A stretch of DNA of 64,000 nt from a virus (taxonomy: Duplodnaviria > Caudoviricetes). How positions within the stretch are numbered: position 1 is the first letter of the stretch; each line of letters opens with the position of its first letter. The notes below the pieces were generated by a model. It had not been told where the DNA came from, did not search any database, and worked only from the letters and a program-made list of their open reading frames with translations. Below, one piece after another: positions 17,124 through 26,973 of this stretch. Position numbers and translations under genes: made by a program. Location of the stretch: positions 1 to 64,000 of IMG/VR virus record IMGVR_UViG_3300049137_000091. One strand, written 5' to 3'.

Positions 17124-17707
17124 CGGTCTTCCCCCTTCCCCGCGTCGGCGTCAGCCCACCGGAGGTAGTCGCGCAGGCCGTCGTGCTCGATCCGGTCGCG
17201 GCCGACGATGTCCGCCGCCCGGCGCACCAGCGCCTCGTCGTACACCAGGCCGTCCCAGTCGTTCGGTCCGTACCCGGTGTACGCCAGCAGCTCGCAGCCC
17301 TCATCCAGCAGCGCGGCCATGGCTCGCAGGACGAAGTCGGCGACGTCGCGGGACATGGACAGGTCGGGCTTGAACGGGTTGGGGCCCAGCGCCGGGGCCG
17401 GCGCGGGCGGCTCGGCGGGGCCGTCCAGTTCGGCGTCCACGCCGCGCCGCCAGGCGTCGTACACCGACCGGGGCAGCTCGGGCGCCCGCACACCGGGCGG
17501 AACCGGTACGCCCCGGTACGTCTGGCCGTGCATGTACTCCACGTAGCCCCGGGCGGCGGCCACGGTCATCACCGAGCCGACCGAGACGCCCCGGCCGGTC
17601 ATCGCCCGCGCGGTCGCCTCGGCGTCCTCGCGGGTCTGCGGGTCGGTGAGCGCGTCGCGCCCTTCGTCGTCGCGGTACAGCACCTGGTACTGCTCGGTGT
17701 CGCTCAT
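17120..17707 (-). CDS. Hypothetical protein
   Basis: Start/stop overlaps with neighbours; GGAGGG SD. Confidence 0.6.
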   Translation of the reverse strand: MSDTEQYQVLYRDDEGRDALTDPQTREDAEATARAMTGRGVSVGSVMTVAAARGYVEYMHGQTYRGVPVPPGVRAPELPRSVYDAWRRGVDAELDGPAEPPAPAPALGPNPFKPDLSMSRDVADFVLRAMAALLDEGCELLAYTGYGPNDWDGLVYDEALVRRAADIVGRDRIEHDGLRDYLRWADADAGKGEDR

Positions 17708-18135
17708 CGATCGGTCCCTCCGTGCACGTCTTCTTCGCGCACGTAGCGCGCGTCCTCGTCCTGGCCGGGGCTGCACGTCTCCAGCTCCGGACCGTCCTTC
17801 ACCGGGTCGCCGTGCTCCGGGCAGTCCGGGTGCGCGTAGGCGATGACCCTGTCCCCGCCGTACTCGGGCATCCCAAGGTCGGCCGGGGTCAGGCAGATCC
17901 CGTTGCACTCGGCTTCGGCGGACGGGGTCCAGCGCATGGCGTCCATGGACGTGAAGTGCGGGTCGGCCGTCTCACCGCACGCCTCTGACGCACGACGGCA
18001 GTCGGGAAAGGCAGGGGACAGGTGGTAGCGGACCTGTTCCTCTCCGGGGAGGGAGAGGGGGCCGATCCAGTCGTGTCCCCTGGCGGGTTCAATGGGTTGT
18101 CCGCAGTGCGCGCACTCGGCTTCGGCGGCGCTCAT
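17704..18135 (-). CDS. Cys/His-rich hypothetical protein
   Basis: ATGA coupling; CAHC, HPDCPEH. Confidence 0.55.
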   Translation of the reverse strand: MSAAEAECAHCGQPIEPARGHDWIGPLSLPGEEQVRYHLSPAFPDCRRASEACGETADPHFTSMDAMRWTPSAEAECNGICLTPADLGMPEYGGDRVIAYAHPDCPEHGDPVKDGPELETCSPGQDEDARYVREEDVHGGTDR

Positions 18136-18428
18136 GCGGCCGACTCCAAACCCCAAGCCGTGCGGGCCGGGTAGTGCGCGATCTCGACGTGGCGGCCGTG
18201 CGCGGTGATCAGGTGCTCCCACAGGTCGGCGAAGTGCTCGCCGTCGTCGGGGCCGCCGGTGGGGAAGGTCTGCGGGCAGTACGTGCAGCGGGCGAGGCCG
18301 GCGCTGCGGTAGGCGGCGTCACGCAGGCCGTACAGCACGGCCTCCTGCGTCACCGCCTCGAACGGCGCTGCGATGTCGGAGCCGAAGATGTTGAGCGCGT
18401 CGGCGTAGGCGAGTTCTTCCTTGGTCAT
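18132..18428 (-). CDS. Hypothetical protein with C2H2-like motif
   Basis: CTYC...H...H; GGAGG SD. Confidence 0.6.
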   Translation of the reverse strand: MTKEELAYADALNIFGSDIAAPFEAVTQEAVLYGLRDAAYRSAGLARCTYCPQTFPTGGPDDGEHFADLWEHLITAHGRHVEIAHYPARTAWGLESAA

Positions 18429-18588
18429 GGCCGGAGCCTCCCAGATTTGCGGGCAACGGCCGAACGCGCCGGTGCCCGGGGTTCCTTGGTCTATGGTCTA
18501 AGCTCTATCCACCATCTACCCGGTGGGTAAGGGTGGGTAAACGAGGGTATCATTGTCACAACCCACTGACGACCCGTAAGGAGGGGTG

Positions 18589-18786
18589 ATGGACGGCTAT
18601 CTGACGGTGAACGAGGCCGCCAAGAAGGCCCGCGTGACACCTAAAACCGTCTACCGCTGGCTGGACGACGGCAAGCTGGTCAAGTACAGGGACGGCCTGG
18701 ACCGCGTGATGGTGAACGAAGCCGAACTGGACGAGCGTCTGACGGTGCGCCCGGTCCCGGCCGGCGCCGGCGGGGACGGCTCATGA
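18589..18786 (+). CDS. Excisionase/AlpA-like small HTH protein
   Basis: YLTVNEAAKKARVTPKTVYRWLDDGKL. Confidence 0.8.
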   Translation: MDGYLTVNEAAKKARVTPKTVYRWLDDGKLVKYRDGLDRVMVNEAELDERLTVRPVPAGAGGDGS

Positions 18787-19268
18787 GTCCGGGACCGATC
18801 GTCCAGGCGATCCCGACGAGGATCTACGGCTGTACGTTCCGGTCCCGCACCGAGGCCAAATGGGCGGTGTTCTTCACGCACGCCGGGATCCCCTGGGAGT
18901 TCGAACCGGAGGGTTTCAGCATCGACGGGCGCGGCTACCTCCCCGACTTCCGTATCCGGCCCCACAAGGGCGCTGACCTGGTGTGGATGGAGATAAAGCC
19001 TCCCACCGATACATTCGACGACCCGCGCTGGCAGGGGCTGGTGCAGGGCACGTCGATGATGCTGTTCACGGTCCGTGGGCAGCACCGCCAGGGTGACGTG
19101 TGCGGGCGGGACCACACCGTCCGTGTGTGGCACCCGGACGGCACGGTCGCCGACGTGCACCGCATGTGGACCGGCCCCGAGTACAGCGCGGCATGGGACG
19201 CCGCCAGCTCGTACCGGTTCGACAGCCGGGGCCGGGCGCCAGCACGGAAGGGGTACCGAGCGCGATGA
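18783..19268 (+). CDS. Putative PD-(D/E)XK nuclease-fold protein
   Basis: FRSRTEAKWAVFF, YLPDF, WMEIKP. Confidence 0.65.
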   Translation: MSPGPIVQAIPTRIYGCTFRSRTEAKWAVFFTHAGIPWEFEPEGFSIDGRGYLPDFRIRPHKGADLVWMEIKPPTDTFDDPRWQGLVQGTSMMLFTVRGQHRQGDVCGRDHTVRVWHPDGTVADVHRMWTGPEYSAAWDAASSYRFDSRGRAPARKGYRAR

Positions 19269-19317
19269 CTCAGCACCAGACCACGGAACGCACCATGACC
19301 AAGGAAGCAGGAACGAA

Positions 19318-22300
19318 ATGACCACCTTCGCGGAGCCGGGGGCGCCCAACGGCGCCCCCGCACTCGACCCCGTCCACGTCGCCGAACTGGCCTCCAGCGT
19401 CATCTCCGACGAGGTGCGCGACGCCCGGGGCTACCGGACCCTGTACGGCACCCCCGAGGACCGCGCCCTGCTGCGCGAGGAGTCCATCCCCGTCTGGGCG
19501 TGGCGCGAGGACACCGCGTTCCCCGGCCTGCTCATCCCGACGTATCGGGTGACCGGCGAGCGGATCGGCGCCCAGTTCAAGCCGGGCGTCCCGCAGGCCA
19601 ACGGCGAGAAGACCGTGAAGTACGCAACCCAGGTCGGCCGGAAGCCGCGCCTGGACGTCCCGCCGCCGGTGGCCGACTCGGTGCGCGCCGGCGTGGCCCC
19701 GCTGTGGATCACGGAAGGCGTGAAGAAGGCCGACTCTCTGGCGTCCAAGGGGCTCGCCTGTGTCGCGCTGTCCGGCGTCTACAACTGGCGCAACCGGCTG
19801 GGCACGCTGGGCGACTGGGAGGACATCCCGCTCAAAGACCGCACGATCGTCATCTGCTTCGACTCCGACGCCCGGCACAACCCGATGGTGCTGCGGGCCA
19901 TGCAGCGCCTGGGGGCGTGGCTGGAGTCGAAGCGGGTCGCCGACATCCGGTACCTGATCGTTCCGGAGAAGGTCGGGGACGTCGAGGTCAAGGGGGTGGA
20001 CGACTACTTCCTGGCCGGCGGGACGCTGGAGGGTCTGCGCGACGCAGCCACCACGGAGATGCCCTCCGACAACACGCGGGACGCGGCCTTCAGCGACGCC
20101 GTGCTCGCCGACACGGTGTGCCTGGAGCGGCTGGAAGGCTCGTACAAGTGGGCCTCCGGCATCGGCTGGCGGCGCTGGAACGGCAAGTTCTGGGAGGACG
20201 CCACCGACACCACCGTGCTGGAGGAGATCCGGCGCTGGGCTCTGGAAGGCTTCCAGCGGGTGCTCGACAAGCAGCGCGAGTCGCCCGGCAAGGATCTGCG
20301 CGCCGAGATGGACGGCTGGCGCAGCGTGCTGGCCGCGTCCAAGCTGGGCAACCTGCTGAAGCTGGCCAAGGGCGTCTTGGAGGCGGCGGCGTCCGACTTC
20401 GACCACGACCCGGATGCGCTCAACTGCCAGAACGGCATCCTCAACCTGCGCACCGGCGTGCTGGAACCGCACGACCCGGACCGGCTGATGACGAAAATCT
20501 GTGGCGCCGACTACATCCCGGGCGCCAAGCACCCCGACTGGGACCGGGCGCTGGAGGCCGTCCCGGAGGACGTGCGGGTCTGGTTCCAGCTCCGCATGGG
20601 GCAGGCGATCTCCGGTCACATCCCGCCGGACGACTTGATCCTGTTGCTCCAGGGCGGCGGGTCCAACGGCAAGTCCACCGTCATGGACGCCATCTCCCGC
20701 GCGGCCGGCGAGGCCAACGGCTACCACACCGTGGTCGCCCACCGGGCCCTGCTCGGCAACGCCTCGGACAATCACCCCACCGAGATGATGGACTTCATGG
20801 GCGCCCGCCTCGCGGTGCTGGAGGAGACGCCGGAGGCCAAGCGGCTGGACGTCAACCGGGCGAAGCAGCTCGCCGGCACCAAGTTCATCAAGGCCCGCCG
20901 GATGCGGCAGGACCCGGTCACCTTCGCGACCAGCCACACCCTGGTGATCAACACCAACAACCGGCCGCTGGTGGACGAAACCGATCACGGCACCTGGCGC
21001 CGGCTCGCCCTGCTGTGCTTCCCGTTCACCTTCCGCAAGCCGGGGGAGCCGTGCACGGGACCCAACGACAAGCCGGGTGACGCCACGCTGCGGCAGCGCC
21101 TGGCGACCGACGAGACGGTCCCGGCCGCCGTGCTGGCGTGGCTCGTGGAGGGCGCCAAGGCGTGGTACGCGGCCGGGCAGATCATGCCGCCGCCCCCGAA
21201 GCGGGTGGAGGACGACACGCTGGAGTGGCGCCGCGAGTCCGACCTGGTGCTGTCCTTCATCGGCGACTGCCTCACCTTCGACTGGAACTCTCACGTCACC
21301 ACGAAGGAACTGCACCAGGTCTTCAACAAGTACCTGGAGGAAAAGGGCCACCGGGAGTGGACGGACCGGACGCTCAAATCCCGATTCGGAGGCCACGACG
21401 AGTGCACGCGGAACGGCGTGCAGTGGAAGAAGATCAGGAAGCGCAACGGCCGTTCCACACTCGGCGGACACGAGCCCACGGGCGTCAACTACTACGCGTG
21501 GCTCGGTGTTCGCTTCCAGGACCCGAACGAAGAAGACCAGGTCAGTGGAGGTAGTACCGACGGTGTACCGCCTGTACCGTCTACTCCCTATAACCGTGAA
21601 ATTGACTCCCGTATAGGGGTATACGGAGGAGACGGTACAGGCGGTACAGGCCCGGTACGCACCCCCGGGGCGAACCCGTTCGCGGACGCCGCAGGGGCCG
21701 AAGCGGAAGCCGATCACACCCCCGTCCGCGCGGCCATCCCCGCCCCGTCCCCGGCGCCCGACGACACCCCCGCGCCCCGCCGTGGCGGCGTCGTCGGCTT
21801 CGACCTGGAAGGTCACAGCGCCAAGAGGCTGTTCACCCACACCGACATCGGCGGCGACCCCTACGTCCGTCTGTCCGGCTGGGTGGAGGCCGACGGCACC
21901 GAGGTGATCGCCAACAGCCCCGAGGAGCTGATCCGCCGGCTGGAGGAGGCCGACGAGATCAGCGGCCACAACATCCTCGGCTTCGACCTGCTGGCGCTCG
22001 CCCGCCACCACGGCGCCGACTACGACGCCCTGGCCGCCAAGGCGCTCGACACCTTCCGGTGGGTGCAGGTCATCGACCCGCCCGGCGCCGCCCACCAGAA
22101 GCCGTGGAGCGAAAAGGGCTACTACGGGCTGGACAAGGCCGCGCAGCGTCACGGCATCAACGGCAAGACCGCCGACCTCAAGGCGATGGCCTACCAGTAC
22201 GGGCCCGAGGAGCTGCACGGGAAGAAGCTGACCAAGGACGAGCGCGAAGAGGAGGGCTTCGGCCGCATCCCGGTCAACGAGCTGAAGGTGTACTTCTCCG

Positions 22301-23667
22301 GCGACCTCCAGGCCACCCGTGGACTGAGGGCCGCTCTCGGCACCCCGTCCGACTACGTGCGCCGCGAGATGCGCGTGGCGCACATTCAGCACCGGCCCAC
22401 CCTGACCGGGTGGAAGGTGGACGTGGACGAGCTGAACCGGCTCGCCAGCGAGGAGGCCGAGAAGAAGCGGGCCTCCCTGGAGTGGCTGCACGAGAACTGC
22501 GGCGTCCCGCTGACCAAGTCGGTCGGCAAGGGCCGGGGCAAGAACCGCGTCTTCACCGACGAACCGGTCAAGTCCCCGCTGGCCACCACCGAGGGCCGTG
22601 AAGCCATCATCCGGGCGCTGGCCGACCGGGGCGTGATGCACTACCCGAAGACCGAGTCCGGGATGATCGCGCTCAACAAGGACGCCATGGGCGAGACCAG
22701 TTACATGATGGGCAAGGGGGCGAACGCCAAGACTTTCGGCGCCATGCTCAACCCGAACACCCTGCGTCTGTTCGCCGAGCGCGGCGCCGACGTGGACGCG
22801 CTGCGTGAGATGTGCGGTCACATCGTCACCGTCACCTCCTCGGTGGCCAAGTACGCGGAGATCCAGAAGCACCTGGTGGGCGACCGGGTGCACCCGGAGG
22901 TCGGCGACGTGCAGGGCTCCGGCCGGTGGGCCTACGTCCGCCCGTCCGTCACCAACCTGGGCAAGCGGGGCGGCAAGCACGTCCAGCGCGCCCCGTTCAT
23001 CGCCGACGACGGCGAGCTGCTGATCGCCTTCGACCTGGACCAGGTGGACATGCGGGCCATCGCGGGCCACTGCCAGGACCCGGCGTACATGGCGCTGTTC
23101 CAGCCGGGCCGCGACGCGCACAGCGAGGTCGCCGATGCGGTGTTCGGTCGGCACGACGGCGAGTGGCGTGACAACGCGAAGAAGATCGGTCACGGCTGGA
23201 ACTACGGCATGTCCGTCAAGGGCATCGCCAACGGCGGCGTCGCCCTGGAGCTGGCGCAGAAGTTCGACGACCGGATGAACGAGCAGTTCCCCGGCCTGTG
23301 CGCCTGGCGTCAGGAGGTCCGGGACCGGGCCAAGGCCGGGCAGCTCCTCGACAACGGCTTCGGCCGGCTCATGCGGGCCGACAAGGACCGTGCGTGGACG
23401 CAGGCCCCGGCGCTGATGGGTCAGGGCGGCGCCCGGGACATCATGTGCACGGCCCTTCTGCGCCTGGTGGACATGCTGCCGGAGGCTCTGGGCTGGCTGC
23501 GCGTCGTCGTGCACGACGAGATCGTCCTGTCCGTCCCCGAGCACATGGTGGACGGCGTCACGGAGATGATCGTCAACGAGGCGTTCAACTTCGAGTTCAA
23601 GGGCGTGCCGATCACGGCGGGCGCGTCCAAGGCGGCCCGCACGTGGGCGGGTTGCTACGAGAAGTGA
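19318..23667 (+). CDS. Fused Toprim (DUF3854-like) primase / D5-type SF3 helicase / family A DNA polymerase (1449 aa)
   Basis: ITEGVKKAD and CFDSD; D5_N (NGILNL); GGGSNGKST; exo FDLE and GHNILGFDL; PolA motifs DLDQVDMR, RDNAKKIGHGWNYG, VHDEIV; one uninterrupted frame. Confidence 0.9.
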   Translation: MTTFAEPGAPNGAPALDPVHVAELASSVISDEVRDARGYRTLYGTPEDRALLREESIPVWAWREDTAFPGLLIPTYRVTGERIGAQFKPGVPQANGEKTVKYATQVGRKPRLDVPPPVADSVRAGVAPLWITEGVKKADSLASKGLACVALSGVYNWRNRLGTLGDWEDIPLKDRTIVICFDSDARHNPMVLRAMQRLGAWLESKRVADIRYLIVPEKVGDVEVKGVDDYFLAGGTLEGLRDAATTEMPSDNTRDAAFSDAVLADTVCLERLEGSYKWASGIGWRRWNGKFWEDATDTTVLEEIRRWALEGFQRVLDKQRESPGKDLRAEMDGWRSVLAASKLGNLLKLAKGVLEAAASDFDHDPDALNCQNGILNLRTGVLEPHDPDRLMTKICGADYIPGAKHPDWDRALEAVPEDVRVWFQLRMGQAISGHIPPDDLILLLQGGGSNGKSTVMDAISRAAGEANGYHTVVAHRALLGNASDNHPTEMMDFMGARLAVLEETPEAKRLDVNRAKQLAGTKFIKARRMRQDPVTFATSHTLVINTNNRPLVDETDHGTWRRLALLCFPFTFRKPGEPCTGPNDKPGDATLRQRLATDETVPAAVLAWLVEGAKAWYAAGQIMPPPPKRVEDDTLEWRRESDLVLSFIGDCLTFDWNSHVTTKELHQVFNKYLEEKGHREWTDRTLKSRFGGHDECTRNGVQWKKIRKRNGRSTLGGHEPTGVNYYAWLGVRFQDPNEEDQVSGGSTDGVPPVPSTPYNREIDSRIGVYGGDGTGGTGPVRTPGANPFADAAGAEAEADHTPVRAAIPAPSPAPDDTPAPRRGGVVGFDLEGHSAKRLFTHTDIGGDPYVRLSGWVEADGTEVIANSPEELIRRLEEADEISGHNILGFDLLALARHHGADYDALAAKALDTFRWVQVIDPPGAAHQKPWSEKGYYGLDKAAQRHGINGKTADLKAMAYQYGPEELHGKKLTKDEREEEGFGRIPVNELKVYFSGDLQATRGLRAALGTPSDYVRREMRVAHIQHRPTLTGWKVDVDELNRLASEEAEKKRASLEWLHENCGVPLTKSVGKGRGKNRVFTDEPVKSPLATTEGREAIIRALADRGVMHYPKTESGMIALNKDAMGETSYMMGKGANAKTFGAMLNPNTLRLFAERGADVDALREMCGHIVTVTSSVAKYAEIQKHLVGDRVHPEVGDVQGSGRWAYVRPSVTNLGKRGGKHVQRAPFIADDGELLIAFDLDQVDMRAIAGHCQDPAYMALFQPGRDAHSEVADAVFGRHDGEWRDNAKKIGHGWNYGMSVKGIANGGVALELAQKFDDRMNEQFPGLCAWRQEVRDRAKAGQLLDNGFGRLMRADKDRAWTQAPALMGQGGARDIMCTALLRLVDMLPEALGWLRVVVHDEIVLSVPEHMVDGVTEMIVNEAFNFEFKGVPITAGASKAARTWAGCYEK
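21553..21660. other. Origin-like element inside the replicase gene
   Basis: Inward-facing GTACC/GGTAC repeats around an AT-richer core; near-copy at 63821-63927. Confidence 0.6.
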
Positions 23668-23727
23668 TCCGCTGCCGGGGCGGGGCCGCCGTGGCCCCGC
23701 CCCGGCCGACCAAGGAAGGACAGACGG

Positions 23728-24162
23728 ATGACCGATCTGACACAGGCCCGCGAGGCGGCCAGACAGCACCCCGCCCCGGAGCCGGGCAGCCTGGCCGCGC
23801 ACCTGCACGACGCGCTCGCCGAGGTGGACCGGCTGACCGCCCGTCTCGCCGCCTACGGCAGCCCGGTGGGCGGCGGGATCGCCCCGCCGAAGGTGGACCT
23901 GACGTTGGAGCGGCAGCGGGCGGACCGGGCCGCGCTGGAGAAGGGGTTCACCGACCAGGAGTGGGCGGTGGGCCGCATCCTGTGCCCGGAGGGCTTCGCG
24001 TGCACCTCCCACCCGCTGGCCGTGTTCGTCCCGCTGAAGACGGGCCGGGTGCCGCTGCACCGCCACGAGCGGTTCGGCCACGCCTGCCCCGGGTCACACC
24101 AGAAGCCGTCCACGCCGCCGCTGAGGCTTCGGCCGGCCGACGGCCGGGAGGCGCAGCGATGA
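23728..24162 (+). CDS. Hypothetical protein with Cys/His motifs
   Basis: ACCAAGGAAGG upstream; CPEG..C..H...H...C. Confidence 0.6.
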   Translation: MTDLTQAREAARQHPAPEPGSLAAHLHDALAEVDRLTARLAAYGSPVGGGIAPPKVDLTLERQRADRAALEKGFTDQEWAVGRILCPEGFACTSHPLAVFVPLKTGRVPLHRHERFGHACPGSHQKPSTPPLRLRPADGREAQR

Positions 24163-24362
24163 GTGACACCGTGATCGCTCCCGAGCTGTGCCCGGTGTGC
24201 GGCCGGATGGCGTGGCTAGTCCGGCTGATGTCCGGGCTGCACTACGGGCATGGCCGGGGCGAGTGCTTCGGCCGGAGGTTCGTCCCGCTGGACGAGGCGG
24301 AAGGGGTGCGCCGCATCCGGGAGGACGGCGGGGAGCGGCTGCGTCTGGCCGCGCACCCGTAG
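24159..24362 (+). CDS. Small hypothetical protein (CPVC)
   Basis: ATGA coupling to previous ORF. Confidence 0.5.
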   Translation: MSDTVIAPELCPVCGRMAWLVRLMSGLHYGHGRGECFGRRFVPLDEAEGVRRIREDGGERLRLAAHP

Positions 24363-24385
24363 GTGTTGCCCCGGGCACACGAAGC

Positions 24386-24403
24386 ATGGTTTAATCAAAT
24401 CAT
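24386..24403 (+). promoter_or_regulatory. 18-bp AT-rich operator/-10 box
   Basis: ATGGTTTAATCAAATCAT; TTGCCC 18 nt upstream of TTTAAT. Confidence 0.8.
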
Positions 24404-24426
24404 CGTGACCAAGGAAGCGAGGAAAC

Positions 24427-24813
24427 ATGCCCTACTGGAGTGACACGTTCGCGGCTAGTCCGCACACGAAGGCCCACCCCAACGGTGTGGTGACGCACGG
24501 CGCGCTGGAGCCGGTACTGACCGTTCTGGAGTTCGGCGGGTTCCCTCTCCGGGACCTCTTCCTGATCGGCTTCAACGACTCGTGCGGCTCCATCTGGGTC
24601 GAGACCGAGTCGCGTGCCGAGAACGTCGCGGCGGCGCTGGAGCCGGCTTACGCCTGTCGGGCCAAGCCGCACAGCCACGGCGGGGTGACGGTGGCCTGGG
24701 AGGTCACCTTCGACCGCCGGGAGCTGGACGGGACGGTGCCGAGCCACTTCGTCACCGACGTGACGATGGAGGACGGGACGGTCGTCATCAAGGACGGCCG
24801 CTGGGTCCGCTGA
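24427..24813 (+). CDS. Hypothetical protein
   Basis: Box, ACCAAGGAA and GAGGAA upstream. Confidence 0.65.
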   Translation: MPYWSDTFAASPHTKAHPNGVVTHGALEPVLTVLEFGGFPLRDLFLIGFNDSCGSIWVETESRAENVAAALEPAYACRAKPHSHGGVTVAWEVTFDRRELDGTVPSHFVTDVTMEDGTVVIKDGRWVR

Positions 24814-24858
24814 CCGACTGATCTGCACGACCAAGGAACCCAGGAAGCGAGGAACGTC

Positions 24859-25209
24859 ATGAAGAGGCGCCACAGGTGCATCCCCGGCGGACGGCCGGTC
24901 AGGGACGGCATGGACTGGCCCGCGTTCGCCCAGCCCGGCCAGGTCGTCCGCGTGGACGGTGAGGACCACTGGGGCCGCATCGTCACGCTGCACGGCTGCT
25001 GCGGGACGGCCGACGTCGAGTTCGCCGGCGCCGGCGACCGCGAGCCGGGTACCGACCTGTTCACCGCCGACCAGCTCGTCAGCGTCTTCGCCCGCCGCGA
25101 GAACGCCGTCCCGCGCGGCTACCCGCTGCCCGGCCACGCCCGGCGCGGCGCCGTTCGCCCCGTACGTCCCGCCGGATCCGGCCGCGTCCCGGCCGGCGCC
25201 CGGCTCTGA
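24859..25209 (+). CDS. Hypothetical protein
   Basis: ACCAAGGAA and GAGGAA upstream. Confidence 0.45.
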   Translation: MKRRHRCIPGGRPVRDGMDWPAFAQPGQVVRVDGEDHWGRIVTLHGCCGTADVEFAGAGDREPGTDLFTADQLVSVFARRENAVPRGYPLPGHARRGAVRPVRPAGSGRVPAGARL

Positions 25210-25290
25210 CCCGCACCACCGTGACCGGGCCGTTCGGCGATTCGCCGGCGGCCCGGTTCACTGACCGACTAAGGAAGAGGGGACCCAACC

Positions 25291-25506
25291 GTGAGCGTTC
25301 AGCAGCAGATCGCGGACAGCTTCAACCGCTCGCACCCGGTGGGCACGCCGGTGCGGTACTGGACCGGGACCCGGGAGGGCGACGGCGAGACCGGCGCCAC
25401 CCGTAGCGCGGCCACCGTCCTGGGAGGGCACACCGCCGTCGTCTGGGTGACCGGGCACGGCGCGTGCATCGCGCTGACCCACGTCCAGCCGGAGGCGGAC
25501 CGGTGA
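25291..25506 (+). CDS. Small hypothetical protein
   Basis: GAGGGG SD; FNRSHPVGTPVRYW. Confidence 0.6.
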   Translation: MSVQQQIADSFNRSHPVGTPVRYWTGTREGDGETGATRSAATVLGGHTAVVWVTGHGACIALTHVQPEADR

Positions 25507-26063
25507 GCACCGGACTGCCCGAGGGTTTCGCCGTCTACCTGGCCGCCCAGGACGCCATGCACGCCCGGGACGTGGACGACGTCCTCGCCGCGCTCACCGA
25601 GCGGGAGCGCGATGTCGTCCGGCAGACGGCCGCGCTCGGCTTCGAGGCCGGGCTGCGCCACCCGGCCGGCGCCGACCACCCGAAGGACGGCGCGGTCGTG
25701 CGCGACGTGATCGGCGACCGCGTTCCCACCGTCGGCATCCTGGAGCAGCGGCTCGGCCGTGAGGCGGCCGTCATGGGCTACGTGCAGGGCCGCCGGTACC
25801 CGGACGCCTCCGCCTGGGACGCCGACACAGTGCTGCGCCTGGTCGTCGATGCCGTCCTCGCCCACCGGGACAACTTCCCCATCCTCTCCGGGGTCCGGCC
25901 GTGCGGCGAGTGCGGCCACCCGCAGTACGCGCACCGGGACGGCGAAGACGACGCCCTTGGAGTGTGCCTCCTGTGCAGCGGCGAGAAGTCGAACCGGGTC
26001 CTCCACGACTACCGCCGGGCCGCCCGCCCGGCACCGACCACGGAAGCGAGGAACGCACGATGA
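25503..26063 (+). CDS. Hypothetical protein with internal repeat and CGECGH motif
   Basis: GTGA coupling; LTEREQ-like and AAxGF/AAVMGY repeat. Confidence 0.6.
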   Translation: MSTGLPEGFAVYLAAQDAMHARDVDDVLAALTERERDVVRQTAALGFEAGLRHPAGADHPKDGAVVRDVIGDRVPTVGILEQRLGREAAVMGYVQGRRYPDASAWDADTVLRLVVDAVLAHRDNFPILSGVRPCGECGHPQYAHRDGEDDALGVCLLCSGEKSNRVLHDYRRAARPAPTTEARNAR

Positions 26064-26356
26064 GCAGCCACGGATACACCTGGAATGACGTCCGGTCGGT
26101 GCCCGTCGGGGACCTGGCCGTCGGCGACGTCTTCGTCCAGCCCGGCGCGGGGGTCGCGTACTACGTCGCCGACGACGGACGAGTGCGGGGCGCGGGCCTC
26201 GCGGTCGCCATGGAGCTGGACGGCACCGCGTGGACGGTGACCGCCCGCGACGGCAGCCTGATCACTATGCGCAGCGGCGACGGCCGGGAAATTAGCGAGG
26301 TGGCCCCCACGTCCGCGCGGGTGCTGCGCGTCAAACGGACGGAGGCGGGCCGATGA
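26060..26356 (+). CDS. Hypothetical protein
   Basis: ATGA coupling. Confidence 0.55.
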   Translation: MSSHGYTWNDVRSVPVGDLAVGDVFVQPGAGVAYYVADDGRVRGAGLAVAMELDGTAWTVTARDGSLITMRSGDGREISEVAPTSARVLRVKRTEAGR

Positions 26357-26685
26357 GCGACGAGGACGAGAAGGTCCCCGAGCGGCGCACCGTGCTGGTC
26401 GTGGACGTCACCTGGAACGGCGCCGACACCGGCCGGGGCAGCCTGGAGCACTACTACGACGACGCCGAACTGCCCAGCGTCGCCGGCGGCTGGATCACCG
26501 ATGCGTTCTACGACCGGGACGACGGACCCGCCCCGACCGTGTCAGCCCTGTCCCCGGCGGAGCTGGCCATGCTGCGCTTCGCGCTCCGCGAGGCGTACGA
26601 CATCACCCTGACCCGGGACGGGTTCACTGACGAGGAGACAGCCGCGCTCGACTCGCTGCGCGCCCGGTTCGGGGAGGGGCCGTGA
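26353..26685 (+). CDS. Hypothetical acidic protein
   Basis: ATGA coupling, GGAGG SD. Confidence 0.6.
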   Translation: MSDEDEKVPERRTVLVVDVTWNGADTGRGSLEHYYDDAELPSVAGGWITDAFYDRDDGPAPTVSALSPAELAMLRFALREAYDITLTRDGFTDEETAALDSLRARFGEGP

Positions 26686-26909
26686 CCGCCCTGTTCGCCG
26701 ACGGCACCGCGCGGTGCCCGCTGTGTCTTCGCACGCACCGGATCACCAAGGCGGGCCGGCTGTTTCGGCATGCCGACCTGGAGGGCTTGGTCACCGAGCA
26801 CCCGTCGAGCCGGTGCCGGGCGTCCGGCTTGACGCTCGCCGACGCCGACGACATGGCACGGCGGGAACTCGACGGACTGGAGGCGCTGCGCGCACGGGCT
26901 CACCCCTGA
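26682..26909 (+). CDS. Small Zn-finger-like protein
   Basis: CPLC...H...C; GTGA coupling. Confidence 0.55.
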   Translation: MTALFADGTARCPLCLRTHRITKAGRLFRHADLEGLVTEHPSSRCRASGLTLADADDMARRELDGLEALRARAHP

Positions 26910-26973
26910 CCGGAATGATCATGATGCGATCCGGTCTTAACATCGCCGCACCCGAGACATGGAGGGTGCGGCG

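Noticed and set aside
19075-19317. N-terminal extension of the replicase given by the ORF track
   Set aside because: Overlaps the 18783-19268 gene; the ATG at 19318 has the SD-like and ACCAAGGAA signals.
4407-21680. Recurrent NPF tripeptide in several early proteins (4982, 10652, 14408, 17707, replicase linker)
   Set aside because: Three residues in disordered tails; cannot be separated from chance without a background count.
19270-24081. 1603-aa minus-strand ORF (also 47635-50313, 50659-54024, 57733-60831)
   Set aside because: Antisense shadows of well-supported genes; stop codons are rare opposite high-GC3 coding strands.
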